Positions 63,487-64,000 of a DNA stretch of 64,000 bases are shown here, piece after piece (the stretch's first letter is position 1; every line of letters begins with the position of its first letter). This stretch comes from an uncultured Methanomassiliicoccales archaeon. GTDB taxonomy: Archaea > Thermoplasmatota > Thermoplasmata > Methanomassiliicoccales > UBA472. The notes beneath the pieces are model-generated. The model was not told the DNA's origin. It saw only the letters and a program-made list of their open reading frames with translations, and did not search any database. A program made the position numbers and the translations under genes. The stretch spans positions 896,001 through 960,000 of the forward strand of contig OY968769.1 of assembly GCA_963695345.1 (NCBI GenBank). Reading direction: 5' to 3'.

Positions 63487-63561
63487 CTTTGCGAGAACAG
63501 CGACCCGCCCACTGCCATTGATGAATAATAATAGCCCTTGGACGAATACCGACCTAAAGGG

Positions 63562-64000
63562 ATGATGCCCGTGTCCGCTAAAGTGTATTTTTGCAACCTT
63601 AGAACGAGGACGGAGAAGGGGAACAAGGTCAACAAGGTAGGGGACCTGTTCGACGAGGCCGGATTAGGAGATACTGTCAGGCCGGGCGACCTGACCGCCA
63701 TCAAGCTCCACTTCGGCGAGAGGGGCAGCGACGCCTATGTCAACCCGATCTTCGTGAGGAAGGTGGTCGACCGCGTGAAGTCCCGCGGGGGCAATCCTTT
63801 TCTGACCGACACCAACACCCTGTACTCCGGCAGCAGGCACAACGCCGTGGACCATCTGGTCACCGCGCTGGAGCATGGTTTCGACTATACCGTCACCGGG
63901 GCGCCCCTGATCATCTCCGACGGACTGCGGAGCGAGAGCTACGTGGAAGTGCCGATAGGCAGGAAACACTTCCAGAACGTGAAGCTGGCCAGGGACATCG
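63562..64000 (+). CDS. DUF362-family Fe-S protein (5' part; runs off the window)
   Basis: Manual translation: SAKVYF...AIKLHFGERG...GGNPFLTDTNTLYSGSRHNAVDHL..ALEHGF...APLIISDGLR. Confidence 0.85.
   Translation, partial: MMPVSAKVYFCNLRTRTEKGNKVNKVGDLFDEAGLGDTVRPGDLTAIKLHFGERGSDAYVNPIFVRKVVDRVKSRGGNPFLTDTNTLYSGSRHNAVDHLVTALEHGFDYTVTGAPLIISDGLRSESYVEVPIGRKHFQNVKLARDI

Overview
Gene-dense archaeal chromosome segment. Csl4, TFS, PCNA, geranylgeranyl reductase, Hdr/Mvh subunits, tandem Lrp regulators, KaiC/RAD55 ATPases and split transketolase plus transaldolase suggest a Thermoplasmata methanogen (Methanomassiliicoccales-like); this assignment is inference. The window holds about 68 protein genes and one tRNA-Val(CAC). 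I found no CRISPR array, integrase or transposase. The best candidate for an undescribed system is a five-gene operon at 22879-28769: a NitT/TauT-type ABC importer whose permease is fused in frame to a UbiA/MqnP-like prenyltransferase, followed by a MenG/UbiE methyltransferase and an MqnL/UbiD decarboxylase. It looks like a quinone head-group import-and-assemble (salvage) module. Also notable: an XPD/DinG helicase with a TFS-like N-terminal zinc ribbon, a three-gene KaiC-like cluster with a GTMKS Walker A, two MoxR-DUF58-DUF4129 modules, a CXXC-type CooS, an mvhD/hdrD-like/hdrCB cluster without hdrA, and a 43-aa Lys-rich ORF missing from the ORF track. About 17 single-base frameshifts between 44 and 57.4 kb, including one in PCNA, are most likely sequencing or assembly errors. 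All product calls come from motif recognition by eye, not database searches.
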